A stretch of 63,990 bases of DNA, the filler included. It is 5 parts of 5 records of this genome, joined end to end, with 100 filler letters (N's around TTAATTAATTAA, not from the genome) between each part and the next. Parts side by side here need not be neighbours in the genome. Positions count along the whole stretch, not along the records: positions 30,149 to 41,549 come from SRR31156797_10369; positions 41,650 to 57,858 come from SRR31156797_10371; 3 more parts are not named here. One strand, 5' to 3'. A program made the translations under genes and the position numbers. Positions 30,483-41,697 of this stretch are shown here, in pieces. Below the pieces are notes generated by a model. It was not told where the DNA came from, made no database searches, and saw only the letters and a list, made by a program, of their open reading frames with translations. How positions within the stretch are numbered: the first letter of the stretch is position 1; every line of letters begins with the position of its first letter.

Positions 30483-32474
30483 ATGAACCAACTATTAAAT
30501 TCAAGATTGACTAATGATTATGAGGTACTAACTGATAATCTACAAAAATTGATGCAAGTCCAATACGCCAGTGAGATTTTTAATCTCATTGGTGAAGGAT
30601 TGCAAAAGCTTGTTCCCAACTCCGTTATCATCATCAATCAAGTTTTAAAGGAGGAAAAGACAACCACCACTAAAGGAATTTATGGATTAGATGAAAACGT
30701 CTTGTACAATCTGTTAAAAAAACTTCCCATCAATCCAATTGGAAAAACATATCCCTTAAAACCAGAATTGTTAGCGTTATACAAAATAAGTGACTTGCAT
30801 AAAATCCCAAACGGTCTTGCCACATTTAGTAACAATGCCTTTCCATCCAAAATCCTTAATGAATTAGAACGATTTCTCAATATCAAACAGATTTATACAG
30901 TAGGTCTAAGAAAGCAAGGAAAACTATATACTATCATTCATATTTTCAAACGAAAAAACCCTGAAATTCAAAATATTGATATTGTACAACAACTTTTGAA
31001 TCAGAGTTCAATTGCCCTGCAAAACAGGCTCTATCAAATAGAGCTTGAGCAAAAAGAAAAAGCGCTAGAACAGGCATTAAAAGAAGCCAATAGCGGATAC
31101 ATAATTTGGAATAGTGTAAGCAATAAACTTCAGTATAGTAATCAATTCTTACACAATCTAGGTTATAGAAGTGTAGAGCTTAAAAGAGACATAAGTCAAT
31201 GGAAAACACTTGTGCACCCTGATGATAAAAGAGCAACACTAAACAAAATTGCCAGATTCTTTCAAGAGAATATACCATTTCAAATCGAATACAGAATAAA
31301 GGCCAAGTCAGGAAATTATAAATGGTTTGAGGCGAACTTTAAAATCAATGAAGCTGATTTATTAAATCAAGATGAGATTTTAATTGCACATAAGGATATA
31401 AATGAAAGCAAGAGAAATGAAATCGCATTACAGCAATCAAAGAAACGACTTCAAACTCTCGCAAATGTAACGCAAGAAGGAATTATAATACACCAAAATG
31501 GCATATGCATTGATTTAAATAATGCAACTCTTGAAATTACCGGTTTCACTAAGAATGACCTAATGGGTAAAGCATTTTCAAATATTATATTTTGTACAAA
31601 AGAGGATGCTGAACTAATTAATTTAAACGATAATAAACCACATATAATTTGTGCTAAAAACAAAAATGAAAAAAATTATTTCATAGAAATCACAAACAGG
31701 AAATTTGATGAAAAATATGAAGTATTAACCATTAGAAATATTTCTGAATTGAAGGAAAAAGAACTTGAACTTCAATCCAAGAATAAAGAACTAAACGAAC
31801 TTCTAGAATTAAAAAATCAATTTCTAACTATTTTAAGTCATGATCTCAAAAACCCCTTATCTAGCACAAACGGGATACTCGATTTATTAGATAAAAATCT
31901 AGAAAAATATCCCAAGGAAAAGATTCGAAGATTAATAAGAAGTGTTGCTGAAGAATCTAAAAACACATATATTTTATTGGAGAGTTTATTACTATGGTCA
32001 CAAAAAGACAGAGGCTCGCTAAAACTTTATATACAAAGCATTAACCTCAAAAAAGAATTTAACAAAATTGTCAGTATATATACAAATCAATTAAATTATA
32101 AGAACATAAAGCCTACAATCAAAATTTCTGAATCCGTAAATATTGAAACTGATAAACAAATACTTAAAGTTATCCTACGAAACTTAATAGGCAATGCCAT
32201 TAAATATACTCCTCAAAATAAAAGCATTGTAGTTGAAGCTTTTATAAACAATAAATTGGTTACTATAAATATCCAAAATGAGGGATCTCAGATCGATCAG
32301 GAAACCATCAATAGCATCCTTCAAAGTAAAAAAGTGAAATCAACAAAAGGCACAGCCAATGAAAAAGGTACTGGATTTGGCTTAAGCATTGTCAAAGATT
32401 TAATACAACTTTTAGGTAGTCAATTGGAGATTTCCAGTAATGAAAAAACTACTACTTTTAGTTTTTCTTTATAA
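30483..32474 (+). CDS. PAS-domain sensor histidine kinase
   Basis: VHPDD PAS_3, H-box SHDLKNP, N-box NLIGNAIKY, G2 GTGFGL. Confidence 0.93.
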   Translation: MNQLLNSRLTNDYEVLTDNLQKLMQVQYASEIFNLIGEGLQKLVPNSVIIINQVLKEEKTTTTKGIYGLDENVLYNLLKKLPINPIGKTYPLKPELLALYKISDLHKIPNGLATFSNNAFPSKILNELERFLNIKQIYTVGLRKQGKLYTIIHIFKRKNPEIQNIDIVQQLLNQSSIALQNRLYQIELEQKEKALEQALKEANSGYIIWNSVSNKLQYSNQFLHNLGYRSVELKRDISQWKTLVHPDDKRATLNKIARFFQENIPFQIEYRIKAKSGNYKWFEANFKINEADLLNQDEILIAHKDINESKRNEIALQQSKKRLQTLANVTQEGIIIHQNGICIDLNNATLEITGFTKNDLMGKAFSNIIFCTKEDAELINLNDNKPHIICAKNKNEKNYFIEITNRKFDEKYEVLTIRNISELKEKELELQSKNKELNELLELKNQFLTILSHDLKNPLSSTNGILDLLDKNLEKYPKEKIRRLIRSVAEESKNTYILLESLLLWSQKDRGSLKLYIQSINLKKEFNKIVSIYTNQLNYKNIKPTIKISESVNIETDKQILKVILRNLIGNAIKYTPQNKSIVVEAFINNKLVTINIQNEGSQIDQETINSILQSKKVKSTKGTANEKGTGFGLSIVKDLIQLLGSQLEISSNEKTTTFSFSL

Positions 32475-32528
32475 AAGTTTATAAAAAAAGCCCGCATAAC
32501 TGCAGGCTTCAAAATTGCTTTTCAATCT

Positions 32529-33527
32529 TTATCTATGTCTTGTATAATGTCCAAAGCTTTTCATAAATTGAGCTCTCTCCCATGCTGCAGGATTAGTTGT
32601 TTTTTGTTGTGCTAATTTTCCGCGGAAATCATCAACCGATTCAAATCCTTTTTTATCCATCCAGACATTTAATTCCGAAACTAAATCAGACATATATCCT
32701 ACTCCATTTCTGTATAAAGATGAAGCAACCTGAACTGTTGTAGCCCCTGCCAGTAATTGCTTAACCACATCATTTCCGGTATGCACACCAGTTGTGGCTG
32801 CAATATCACAATCTACACGATTAGCCATAATAGCTACCCAGCGCAGTGATAAGTGAATATCTGAAGGGTTACTTAACACGTGTCCATTCGTAACTTTTAT
32901 TTCTTCAGTATCAATATCCGGTGCATAAAACCGATTAAACAATACCAATCCTTTTACTCTTGTTTCTGAAAGACGTCGCAATGCAGGTCCCAAATCAGAA
33001 AAATAGTAACTCACTTTTGCAGCCAAGGGGATATCAATTTCGGAGCTCACTTGATTTACAATATCATGATAGATTTTTTCATTATCTACCGAAGAACGAG
33101 AAAAATCAGTAGGTAAAATGAACATATTTAATTCCAAAGCGTCTGCTCCGGCTTTTTCAATTTCAGCTGCTAAATAGGTCCATTTCTGAGCAGAAACACA
33201 ATTGATACTAGCTATAACAGGAATATCAACCGCTTCTTTTGCTTCTTTAATCAAACGTAAATATTTACGCGTTTGATCTTCTTCAAAAGCTTCATCCATA
33301 TAATCCATCGTTTCAGGATAAATATATGGTCTGCCCGTCATTTGCTTTTGCATTTGGTCCATCTCCATTTGAATTTCTTCCTCAAAAAGAGACTTTAAAA
33401 CAATTGCGCCTGCTCCAGCAGTTTCTAATTTTTTTATGTCTTCAACATTGCCTGTAAGTTCTGAACTTGCAGCAATAATAGGATTCTTTAGTTTTAAACC
33501 AAGATAAGTAGTTTCAAGATTTGCCAT
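32529..33527 (-). CDS. Dihydroorotate dehydrogenase-like FMN protein
   Basis: TTYLGLKLKNPIIAASS, AGAIVLKSLFEE, LFNRFY, ATTGVH. Confidence 0.85.
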   Translation of the reverse strand: MANLETTYLGLKLKNPIIAASSELTGNVEDIKKLETAGAGAIVLKSLFEEEIQMEMDQMQKQMTGRPYIYPETMDYMDEAFEEDQTRKYLRLIKEAKEAVDIPVIASINCVSAQKWTYLAAEIEKAGADALELNMFILPTDFSRSSVDNEKIYHDIVNQVSSEIDIPLAAKVSYYFSDLGPALRRLSETRVKGLVLFNRFYAPDIDTEEIKVTNGHVLSNPSDIHLSLRWVAIMANRVDCDIAATTGVHTGNDVVKQLLAGATTVQVASSLYRNGVGYMSDLVSELNVWMDKKGFESVDDFRGKLAQQKTTNPAAWERAQFMKSFGHYTRHR

Positions 33528-33750
33528 AATGCTATTTTTTTTGTCTAAGAGAATAACAATTACACATTCATTTAGTTGCACTAAAACCAAATTTACACAT
33601 AGTTTTACAAAATATTGACATGAAAACAAAACAATAACTGTCATTATGTCATCGCAAAATATAATACAAATGTCAAATAGTCATCTTTTAAGGTAAATAT
33701 AGCATTGGCAAGTCATTTGAATACTTACTCAAAACCTAAAATCATTAAAA

Positions 33751-36345
33751 ATGGACTTTAATAAATTCACAATAAAAGCACAGGAAGCCATTCAGGAGGC
33801 CATCAACATTACCCGCACAAATGGGCAGCAATCTGTTGAAAACAGTCATATTCTAAAAGGTTTAACCTCAAAAGGCGAAAGCATTATCTCATTTTTGGTT
33901 TCAAAATCCGGAGCCAATCACAATCAGATTAAGCAGGTAAATGAAAGCATTTTAAGTTCTTTACCTAAAATACAAAATGAGGCACAACCCTATTTATCAA
34001 ATGAAACACAAATAACATTCAATAAATCCATTGACATAGCTAAAAAATTAAATGATGAGTTTGTGGCTATTGAACACATCTTTGCAGCCATGGTATCTGC
34101 TAAAGATTCTGTTGGACAAATGTTAAAAGATGCTGGTTTAAATGAAAAGGATATTTTGAGTGCGATTCAAGAATTACACAAAGGAGAAAACATCAAAAGT
34201 CAGACTGCCGAAGACACTTACCATGCTTTGGATAAATTTGCCATTAACTTAAATAAATTAGCTTCTGAAGGAAAACTAGACCCGGTAATAGGCCGTGATG
34301 ATGAAATACGAAGAATCTTACAGGTTTTAACCCGAAGAACCAAAAATAACCCTGTTCTCATTGGTGATCCGGGCGTTGGTAAAACTGCCATTGCAGAAGG
34401 CTTAGCGCACAGGATCATCAAAGGAGACGTACCCGAAAATCTTAAATCGAAACAGATTTACTCCCTTGACATGGGAGCCTTAATTGCTGGCGCAAAATAC
34501 AAAGGCGAATTTGAAGAGCGATTAAAAAGCGTTGTTAAAGAGGTAACAAACTCTGATGGACAAATTGTATTATTCATTGATGAAATCCATACGCTAGTGG
34601 GTGCAGGTAAAAGCGAAGGCGCCATGGATGCTGCCAATATTTTAAAACCTGCGCTGGCACGCGGAGAATTAAGAGCCATTGGAGCCACAACTTTAAATGA
34701 GTTTCAAAAATACTTCGAAAAGGATAAAGCACTTGAGCGCCGTTTCCAAAAAGTATTGGTTGATGAACCCGACAGACTGAGTGCTTTAGCCATTCTTCGT
34801 GGTTTGCGTGAGCGATATGAAACACACCATAAGGTGCGTATCAAGGACGATGCTGTAATTGCAGCTGTAGACTTATCAACACGCTATATTTCAGATCGTT
34901 ACTTGCCTGACAAAGCCATTGACCTAATCGACGAAGCGGCATCTCGCCTCAAAATTGAGATCAATTCTGTTCCTGAGGAAATTGATAATATTGAGCGTCA
35001 AATCATGCAACTAGAGGTTGAGCGCGAGGCTATGAAAAGGGAGAAAAATAAATCCCGAATGACAGAGATTGATCAAATTTTAGCCAATTTAAGAGACGAC
35101 CTTAACCAAAGAAAAGCCAAATGGCAACAAGAACGCGAACTGATTGAATCTTTACAATCAAACAAAAAAGCTATTGAAGATTACAAATTCGAAGCAGAAA
35201 AAGCTGAGCGCGAAGGTAATTATGAAAAAGTTGCGGAGATTCGATATGGAAAAATCAAAGAAACAGAATCGGCTATTGAAAGCATTCGCCAAAAATTGGA
35301 AGAAGTTCAGTCCGAAAACCCAATGATCAAAGAAGAAGTGGGCGCTGAAGATATTGCTGATGTGGTTTCACGTTGGACAGGAATACCCGTTTCAAAAATG
35401 CTCAGTGGAGAACGCCAAAAACTCATGAAACTGGAAGAGAACTTACATAAACGCGTAGTTGGCCAGGATGAAGCTATTGTGGCTGTGGCTGATGCAGTTA
35501 GAAGGTCACGCGCAGGCCTTCAAGATCCTAAACGCCCTATTGGTTCGTTTATATTTCTGGGAACTACCGGAGTTGGAAAAACTGAATTAGCTAGAGCGCT
35601 AGCTGAAGACCTTTTTGATGACGAAAACCATATGGCACGTATAGATATGTCTGAATATCAGGAGCGCCACTCGGTTAGCAGACTTCTTGGAGCGCCTCCG
35701 GGATATGTAGGCTACGATGAAGGTGGACAATTAACCGAAGCCGTGCGTCGCAAACCATATTCTGTGGTGCTTTTAGATGAAATTGAAAAAGCGCACCCTG
35801 ATGTATTCAATACCTTACTGCAAGTGCTGGATGATGGACGTTTGACTGATAACAAAGGCAGAACAGTTGATTTCAAAAATACTATTGTGATCATGACATC
35901 CAATGCCGGATCAGATATCATTCAAAACAATTATTCCAATGTTGGAAATCAAAGTGAAACAGAAGTATTTGAAAAGACAAAATCTGAAGTTCGCGAAAGA
36001 CTGAGACAAACCATTCGCCCTGAATTCCTGAACCGTGTAGATGAAATTATTATGTTCACACCATTGAGTCAGGAGCAGATTGAAGAGATTGTTAGGTTAC
36101 AATTTGATTTATTAAAAACCAGATTGTTGGAAAATAATGTAAAAATAAGCATCACTGATAATGCAGTGGAACAATTGGCCAAACAAAGTTACGATCCATT
36201 ATTTGGAGCACGTCCGGTGAAACGAATCATACAAAAAGAGCTCCTTAATGAATTATCAAAACAAATCATTGAGAACAATATCAATAAGGAAAAAGAAATA
36301 TTTGTAGATGTATTAGATGGTAAAATTATGTTTACAACGAAGTAG
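33751..36345 (+). CDS. clpB: ATP-dependent disaggregase ClpB
   Basis: Two AAA modules ([16 protein letters not shown]), coiled-coil M domain, GAPPGYVGY. Confidence 0.98.
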   Translation: MDFNKFTIKAQEAIQEAINITRTNGQQSVENSHILKGLTSKGESIISFLVSKSGANHNQIKQVNESILSSLPKIQNEAQPYLSNETQITFNKSIDIAKKLNDEFVAIEHIFAAMVSAKDSVGQMLKDAGLNEKDILSAIQELHKGENIKSQTAEDTYHALDKFAINLNKLASEGKLDPVIGRDDEIRRILQVLTRRTKNNPVLIGDPGVGKTAIAEGLAHRIIKGDVPENLKSKQIYSLDMGALIAGAKYKGEFEERLKSVVKEVTNSDGQIVLFIDEIHTLVGAGKSEGAMDAANILKPALARGELRAIGATTLNEFQKYFEKDKALERRFQKVLVDEPDRLSALAILRGLRERYETHHKVRIKDDAVIAAVDLSTRYISDRYLPDKAIDLIDEAASRLKIEINSVPEEIDNIERQIMQLEVEREAMKREKNKSRMTEIDQILANLRDDLNQRKAKWQQERELIESLQSNKKAIEDYKFEAEKAEREGNYEKVAEIRYGKIKETESAIESIRQKLEEVQSENPMIKEEVGAEDIADVVSRWTGIPVSKMLSGERQKLMKLEENLHKRVVGQDEAIVAVADAVRRSRAGLQDPKRPIGSFIFLGTTGVGKTELARALAEDLFDDENHMARIDMSEYQERHSVSRLLGAPPGYVGYDEGGQLTEAVRRKPYSVVLLDEIEKAHPDVFNTLLQVLDDGRLTDNKGRTVDFKNTIVIMTSNAGSDIIQNNYSNVGNQSETEVFEKTKSEVRERLRQTIRPEFLNRVDEIIMFTPLSQEQIEEIVRLQFDLLKTRLLENNVKISITDNAVEQLAKQSYDPLFGARPVKRIIQKELLNELSKQIIENNINKEKEIFVDVLDGKIMFTTK

Positions 36346-36385
36346 TTAGGTTAGTTAATTAGTTAGATTATGGGAAGTCAATCAA

Positions 36386-37348
36386 TTATTTGGCTTCCCA
36401 TAAACTATTTACAAAGTATTTTCTTGAATCATAGAAGTTATCTACAATGGTAAAGTTTGTATCACCGGCAAAACGATTGATCATATGCATATCATACTTT
36501 TGAGAAATCTCCATAAAAATGGGTTCCCATTTAGCGAATGAAATAGGTTCTCCAAATTCCTTAAAGTAAACTTTCTGATCATCCTGACTAATCAGATAAC
36601 TTTTCGCAGAACCTGTAATAGGATCATATACAGCATAATGTGAGAATTTATTCAGGTTAAAATCAGCACCTAACTCTCGATTCATTCGCGTTAAAAGATT
36701 CAAATTGAAATCAGCAGTATGACCATGTGGATCATCATAGGCAGGTAATACTATTTCAGGTGATTTTTTAAGGTCAAATCCAACGAGGAACATATCCCCA
36801 GAGGACATATAACTATTGATTTTTCTAAAAAACTTAATGGCTTTGTGATGCGGAAAATTTCCAATGGTTGATCCTAAAAACATATAAACTTTCTTTCGAT
36901 CATCGACATGTTGTATAACGGATAACGCATCATAAAAATCACCCACAAATGGTGTAATTTTTAAATCTGGCATAGCTGATTTAAAATCGCTGGTCAATAA
37001 ATTCATAGCTTCTTCGCTGATGTCAACGGGCATATAGTTCACATCTGCATTTTGCTCCAAAAAATGAGATAATAGAAGTTTTGTTTTCATTCCATCACCT
37101 GCACCCAACTCTATCAAATCAAAAGGTTCATTATATGGGGCTACCTTTCTCAGAATGTCATCGGCTTTAGTATCGAAAATCTCGTATTCGCAATCCGTTG
37201 GATAATATTCGGGCATGCGCATAATCTTTTGGAAAATGCGGCTGCCTTCATCATCGTAGAAGTATTTACTCATTAAAGACTTGGGATTACTTTTTAGACC
37301 TTCGTAAACATCAGCGGCAAAAGTTTGGGTAATGGTTTTTATTTTCAT
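36386..37348 (-). CDS. egtD: L-histidine N-alpha-methyltransferase
   Basis: KYFYDDEGS.IF..I...PEYYPT, ELGAGDG, FLGSTIGNF, AYDD..G.TA.FN. Confidence 0.92.
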   Translation of the reverse strand: MKIKTITQTFAADVYEGLKSNPKSLMSKYFYDDEGSRIFQKIMRMPEYYPTDCEYEIFDTKADDILRKVAPYNEPFDLIELGAGDGMKTKLLLSHFLEQNADVNYMPVDISEEAMNLLTSDFKSAMPDLKITPFVGDFYDALSVIQHVDDRKKVYMFLGSTIGNFPHHKAIKFFRKINSYMSSGDMFLVGFDLKKSPEIVLPAYDDPHGHTADFNLNLLTRMNRELGADFNLNKFSHYAVYDPITGSAKSYLISQDDQKVYFKEFGEPISFAKWEPIFMEISQKYDMHMINRFAGDTNFTIVDNFYDSRKYFVNSLWEAK

Positions 37349-37353
37349 GATTT

Positions 37354-38508
37354 CTATTTTTTTACGAGTCGAATTCCTGTGAATTGCCAAGCCATATCAG
37401 GATGGAAAAAGTTTCGGTAGGTTTTCCGGCTGTGATCTTCAGAAGTGACCACTGAAGCCCCACGCAATACCTTTTGATTCACCATAAACTTACCATTGTA
37501 TTCACCAACAGCACCCGCAGCTTTTGCATAGCCGGGATATGGCAAATAAGCACTTTCGGTAAACTCCCATCTTTGCCCCCACTTCAATTGATCAGCAGCT
37601 ACTTCCCATTCAAATTCGGTAGGCAAACGCATATCTTTCCAATTAGCATAAGCAGCGGCTTCATAATAGGAAATATGTGCTAAAATATCATCAGGTCTCA
37701 CCTCTCTCAGGCCAGCAAGTGTGTATTGCATCCATTTACCATCTTTCTTTTGCCAATACAATGGCTTTGTTAAATTGATAGGGTCTTTCCAGGCTAAAGC
37801 ATCATCATGCCAAAACTCAAAACGCTCATATCCTCCATCTTCGATAAACTCAATAAAATCTATATTGGTAACCAGTGTTTTTGATATTTCAAAAAGTTCC
37901 AAGAATACTTTATGAGCTCTTTGTTCATTATCAAAATGAAAACCTTCACCTTTGAAACCTACTTCATAAAGTCCTTCATTGAATTGAATAAACCCGGTTT
38001 CATCCTCATTTTCTGTCTCAACATAAGCTTTATCAGTGTAGGCAGGATATAATGGATTTTTACTAAAATTATATTTTAAATCGGTAAAAAACAGTTCCTG
38101 ATGTTGCTGTTCATGATTAATTCCCAACTCAATTAAATCCCATATCTCTTGCGTAACAGAACCTGACTCCATCAATTGCATCATCTGCTCATCCACATAA
38201 GCTCTGTAAGCATATACCTCTTTTACTGTTGGACGACTCAATGATCCACGCTGATCTCGATTTACTCTTTCACCCAATGTATTGTAATAACTATTAAACA
38301 GGTAATTATACTGTGGGTGAAATTGCGTGTATTTTTTCACATATTTTTTCAATATCATCTCTTCAAAAAACCAGGTTGTATGTGCCAGATTCCATTTGGG
38401 AGGACTGGCAAAAAAGGCTGATTGCGCAATGTAATCCTCTATTTCCAGAGGATTACACATTGCCTCAGAGAATGATCGTACTTTTCGGAATTTTTCTTTC
38501 AGATGCAT
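37354..38508 (-). CDS. egtB: Ergothioneine sulfoxide synthase (EgtB family)
   Basis: SPPKWNLAHTTWFFE, HEQQHQE iron motif, FGE-like C-terminus, GEYNGKFM, YRNFF. Confidence 0.92.
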   Translation of the reverse strand: MHLKEKFRKVRSFSEAMCNPLEIEDYIAQSAFFASPPKWNLAHTTWFFEEMILKKYVKKYTQFHPQYNYLFNSYYNTLGERVNRDQRGSLSRPTVKEVYAYRAYVDEQMMQLMESGSVTQEIWDLIELGINHEQQHQELFFTDLKYNFSKNPLYPAYTDKAYVETENEDETGFIQFNEGLYEVGFKGEGFHFDNEQRAHKVFLELFEISKTLVTNIDFIEFIEDGGYERFEFWHDDALAWKDPINLTKPLYWQKKDGKWMQYTLAGLREVRPDDILAHISYYEAAAYANWKDMRLPTEFEWEVAADQLKWGQRWEFTESAYLPYPGYAKAAGAVGEYNGKFMVNQKVLRGASVVTSEDHSRKTYRNFFHPDMAWQFTGIRLVKK

Positions 38509-38517
38509 ATAATAAAT

Positions 38518-39291
38518 TTACTTGATTGCTTCTTTAGCCATCAAATATCTTTCGTTTACTGTTTCCCAATTCACTATTTGCCAAAAATTGGAGATATACT
38601 CTTTTCTTTTGTTCTTATACTCAAGATAATAAGCATGCTCCCATACATCAAGATTTAATACCGGAATACCCTGAATTTTAGCATCAGGCATCAAAGGATT
38701 ATCCTGATTTGCTGATTGTGTGATGGCTAATTTCCCATCTGTTTTAACCACTAGCCATGCCCAGCCACTACCAAACTGAGTAGCAGCTGCTTTCTCAAAT
38801 TGCTCCATAAAAGCTTCTTTGGTATTAAACTCAGCTACAATAGCATCAGCCACTTCGCCTTTAAATTCAGTTCCCCCGGGTTTAAGAAATGTCCAAAATA
38901 GATTGTGATTATAAAAACCACCACTATTATTCCTTACAAAATCAGGGTATTTAGTAATTTCAGTAAATACCTTAATTACAGGCATCTCTTTCAAACCATT
39001 ATCTTCAAATGCCTTATTTGTTTTTTTAGTATATCCATTATGATGCTTACTATGATGTGTTTCCATTGTAACTGCATCAATTACAGGCTCCAATGCATCA
39101 TAAGAATAATCTAAATCAGGTAGTTCAAATGGATAAACCCATGCGTACTCAGGAAGTTTTTCAATAATTTTAACCAATTCTCCTTTGGGTTCATCTATTT
39201 TCTTTTGAACCTCTTTTACTTCCTCTTTAACAGTAGTCTGACTACATGACAAAAATACAATTGCCAAAAATAGCGTTCCAATTATTTTCAT
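38518..39291 (-). CDS. sod: Fe/Mn superoxide dismutase with lipoprotein signal
   Basis: HHSKHH, NH.LFW, FGSGWAWL, DVWEHAYY; N-terminal ...VFLSC lipobox. Confidence 0.95.
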   Translation of the reverse strand: MKIIGTLFLAIVFLSCSQTTVKEEVKEVQKKIDEPKGELVKIIEKLPEYAWVYPFELPDLDYSYDALEPVIDAVTMETHHSKHHNGYTKKTNKAFEDNGLKEMPVIKVFTEITKYPDFVRNNSGGFYNHNLFWTFLKPGGTEFKGEVADAIVAEFNTKEAFMEQFEKAAATQFGSGWAWLVVKTDGKLAITQSANQDNPLMPDAKIQGIPVLNLDVWEHAYYLEYKNKRKEYISNFWQIVNWETVNERYLMAKEAIK

Positions 39292-39471
39292 TGTCTTAAA
39301 TTTTAACGTTTTACATTATTTATATTCTTTGACAAAAAAAAGAGGTAATTGTTCCACAAAAAAAAAATAACCCTGACATAACAAGTAAAAACACGTATAA
39401 TATCACATCTATTTATGATTTATTTTAGCTATCAAACTGAGATAGGGATATTAAAATTTAAAGAATACACT

Positions 39472-41502
39472 ATGAAATGGAAAAATCTTAAACTTGGGAG
39501 AAAGTTCGCTGTAGCTTTCGGGCTTGTAATTGCGCTTCTTGTTACAGTGGCACTATGGGCAATAACAGGCATTGGAGGAATTGTTACAAATGCTGAGGAA
39601 GTTATTGATGGTAATGTACTTCGCACAGAAATGGAGGAAAAATATGTGGATCATCTGAATTGGGCAAGTGAGGTTACTAAGCTATTGTTAGATGAACATG
39701 TTACTGAACTTCATGTCCAAACAGACGATCACCAATGTGCATTTGGGAAATGGTATTATGGTGAAGGCAGGAAGCATGCTGAACATCTTGCGCCAGAACT
39801 CAAACCAATCTTCGATAAATTTGAAGAACCTCACAAGGCCCTGCACAATTCGGCCATTAAAATTAAAAATGTATTTCAACAGGCTAGTACTGCTTTAAGC
39901 GCAAAGCTAAGGGAAACAAAAGCAGATCATTTAACCTGGGCACACAAAGTGAAAGATTATGTTGTAGATGGAGTTAGAGTAAATTCTATCGATGTTGTAA
40001 AAGATCATCGCATATGTAAATTTGGAAAGTGGTACTATAGTGCTGAAATGACAAAATTCAAGCAAGAACATCCTGATTTTGCGGCAATAGCTAAAGAAAT
40101 TGAAGAACCACATGAATTTCTTCATAATAGCATTCATCAACTGGAGGATTATTTTAGAAATAACCAAATTGCTCAAGCTAAGTCGTATTACATGAGTACT
40201 GTTAAACCACAAACATATGTAGTGATCAACATTCTAAATAAAATGATAGAATGGAATGATAAAAGATTGGCTGGAATGACCCAGGCAAATAATATTTATG
40301 TAAATGAAACTGAATTACACCTGGAAAAAATGGGTTCATTATTCAATGAAGTTATTAGTGAATCTGAAAACTACCTCATGACTGACAAAGTAATGCTTGA
40401 TAAGGCATCAAATACACAATCAATGGTTGGTATAATAAGCATTATTGCATTGCTTGTTGGGATTATATTAGCTACGATCATTGCCATCGGAATAATTAGA
40501 CCGATTAACAAAGGAGTAGATTTTGCCAGAAAAATTAGTGAAGGAGACCTTACAGCTACCATTGATGTAAATCAAGAGGATGAAATAGGTGAACTGGCTA
40601 AAGCACTGCTAAATATGGTTGAAAAGCTTCGTGAGATAGTAAACAACATTATGACTGGAGCAGACAATATAGCATCAGCCAGTTTGCAAATGAGCTCAAG
40701 TTCGCAGCAAATGTCGCAAGGTGCCAGTGAACAAGCTTCCTCAGCTGAAGAGGTTTCTTCATCCATGGAAGAAATGGCATCAAATATCCAACAAAACACG
40801 GATAATGCCAATCAAACAGAAAAAATTTCAATGAAAGCTTCTCAAGACGTTGGAGAGGGAAATAAATCTGTAAATCAAACAGTTACATCCATGCGAAATA
40901 TTGCTGATAAAATTGGAATCATCAGTGAAATAGCTCGACAAACCAATATTCTTGCGCTCAATGCTGCCGTGGAAGCAGCTCGCGCAGGCGAACACGGAAA
41001 AGGCTTTGCAGTAGTTGCAGAAGAAGTACGAAAACTAGCAGCTCGTAGTCAGGAAGCCGCGCAGGAAATTGAAGAAACCAGCAAATCAAGTGTTGATATT
41101 GCTGAAAAATCTGGTAAAATGCTTGAAGAGATCGTACCAGATATTGAAAAAACAGCCAAACTTGTTCAGGAAATTTCTGCTGCAAATAACGAAATGTCAT
41201 CCGGTGCTGCTCAGGTAAACAATGCTATACAGCAATTGAACCAGGTTACACAACAAAATGCTGCGGCATCAGAAGAATTAGCTACAAGTAGTGAAGAACT
41301 CTCAAGTCAGGCAGATGAATTGAAAAATCTGGTATCGTTTTTTAATACCGGATCACAGATAAATACAAAAAAGAAAAAAGTACATAAAAAAGCACATTCA
41401 AATAATGGCTCATCCAAACCCAAAGCTCAAAATACAGCACCGAAAGAAGCTGAAGGTTTTAAAATAAAAATGGATGATGATGGCGAATTTGAAAATTTCT
41501 AG
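39472..41502 (+). CDS. Methyl-accepting chemotaxis protein with two CZB domains
   Basis: TM1, two HxxW...CxFGKWYY...H units, TM2, [31 protein letters not shown]. Confidence 0.93.
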   Translation: MKWKNLKLGRKFAVAFGLVIALLVTVALWAITGIGGIVTNAEEVIDGNVLRTEMEEKYVDHLNWASEVTKLLLDEHVTELHVQTDDHQCAFGKWYYGEGRKHAEHLAPELKPIFDKFEEPHKALHNSAIKIKNVFQQASTALSAKLRETKADHLTWAHKVKDYVVDGVRVNSIDVVKDHRICKFGKWYYSAEMTKFKQEHPDFAAIAKEIEEPHEFLHNSIHQLEDYFRNNQIAQAKSYYMSTVKPQTYVVINILNKMIEWNDKRLAGMTQANNIYVNETELHLEKMGSLFNEVISESENYLMTDKVMLDKASNTQSMVGIISIIALLVGIILATIIAIGIIRPINKGVDFARKISEGDLTATIDVNQEDEIGELAKALLNMVEKLREIVNNIMTGADNIASASLQMSSSSQQMSQGASEQASSAEEVSSSMEEMASNIQQNTDNANQTEKISMKASQDVGEGNKSVNQTVTSMRNIADKIGIISEIARQTNILALNAAVEAARAGEHGKGFAVVAEEVRKLAARSQEAAQEIEETSKSSVDIAEKSGKMLEEIVPDIEKTAKLVQEISAANNEMSSGAAQVNNAIQQLNQVTQQNAAASEELATSSEELSSQADELKNLVSFFNTGSQINTKKKKVHKKAHSNNGSSKPKAQNTAPKEAEGFKIKMDDDGEFENF

Positions 41503-41522
41503 GGATAAAAAATTTTAAGAAA

Positions 41523-41549
41523 AGGGGCTGTCTCAAAAGTGCTTAATTA
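41523..41549 (+). mobile_element. IS terminal inverted repeat at the contig end (IS1182-like by recollection)
   Basis: AGGGGCTGTCTCAAAAGT; 24 bp identical to 57829-57852; inverted copy at 41661-41678. Confidence 0.7.
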
Positions 41550-41649
41550 NNNNNNNNNNNNNNNNNNNNNNNNNNNNNNNNNNNNNNNNNNNNTTAATTA
41601 ATTAANNNNNNNNNNNNNNNNNNNNNNNNNNNNNNNNNNNNNNNNNNNN
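41550..41649. other. Artificial contig linker
   Basis: N run with TTAATTAATTAA. Confidence 0.99.
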
Positions 41650-41678
41650 TATTTATTCTTACTTTTGAGACAGCCCCT
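41650..41678 (-). mobile_element. Opposite IS terminal inverted repeat at the contig start
   Basis: ACTTTTGAGACAGCCCCT is the reverse complement of 41523-41540. Confidence 0.7.
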
Positions 41679-41697
41679 TGTTATTTTTGGCTTTGAT

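Noticed and set aside
36343-36372. GTTAG/TTAG low-complexity run after clpB
   Set aside because: Short, imperfect and without supporting structure
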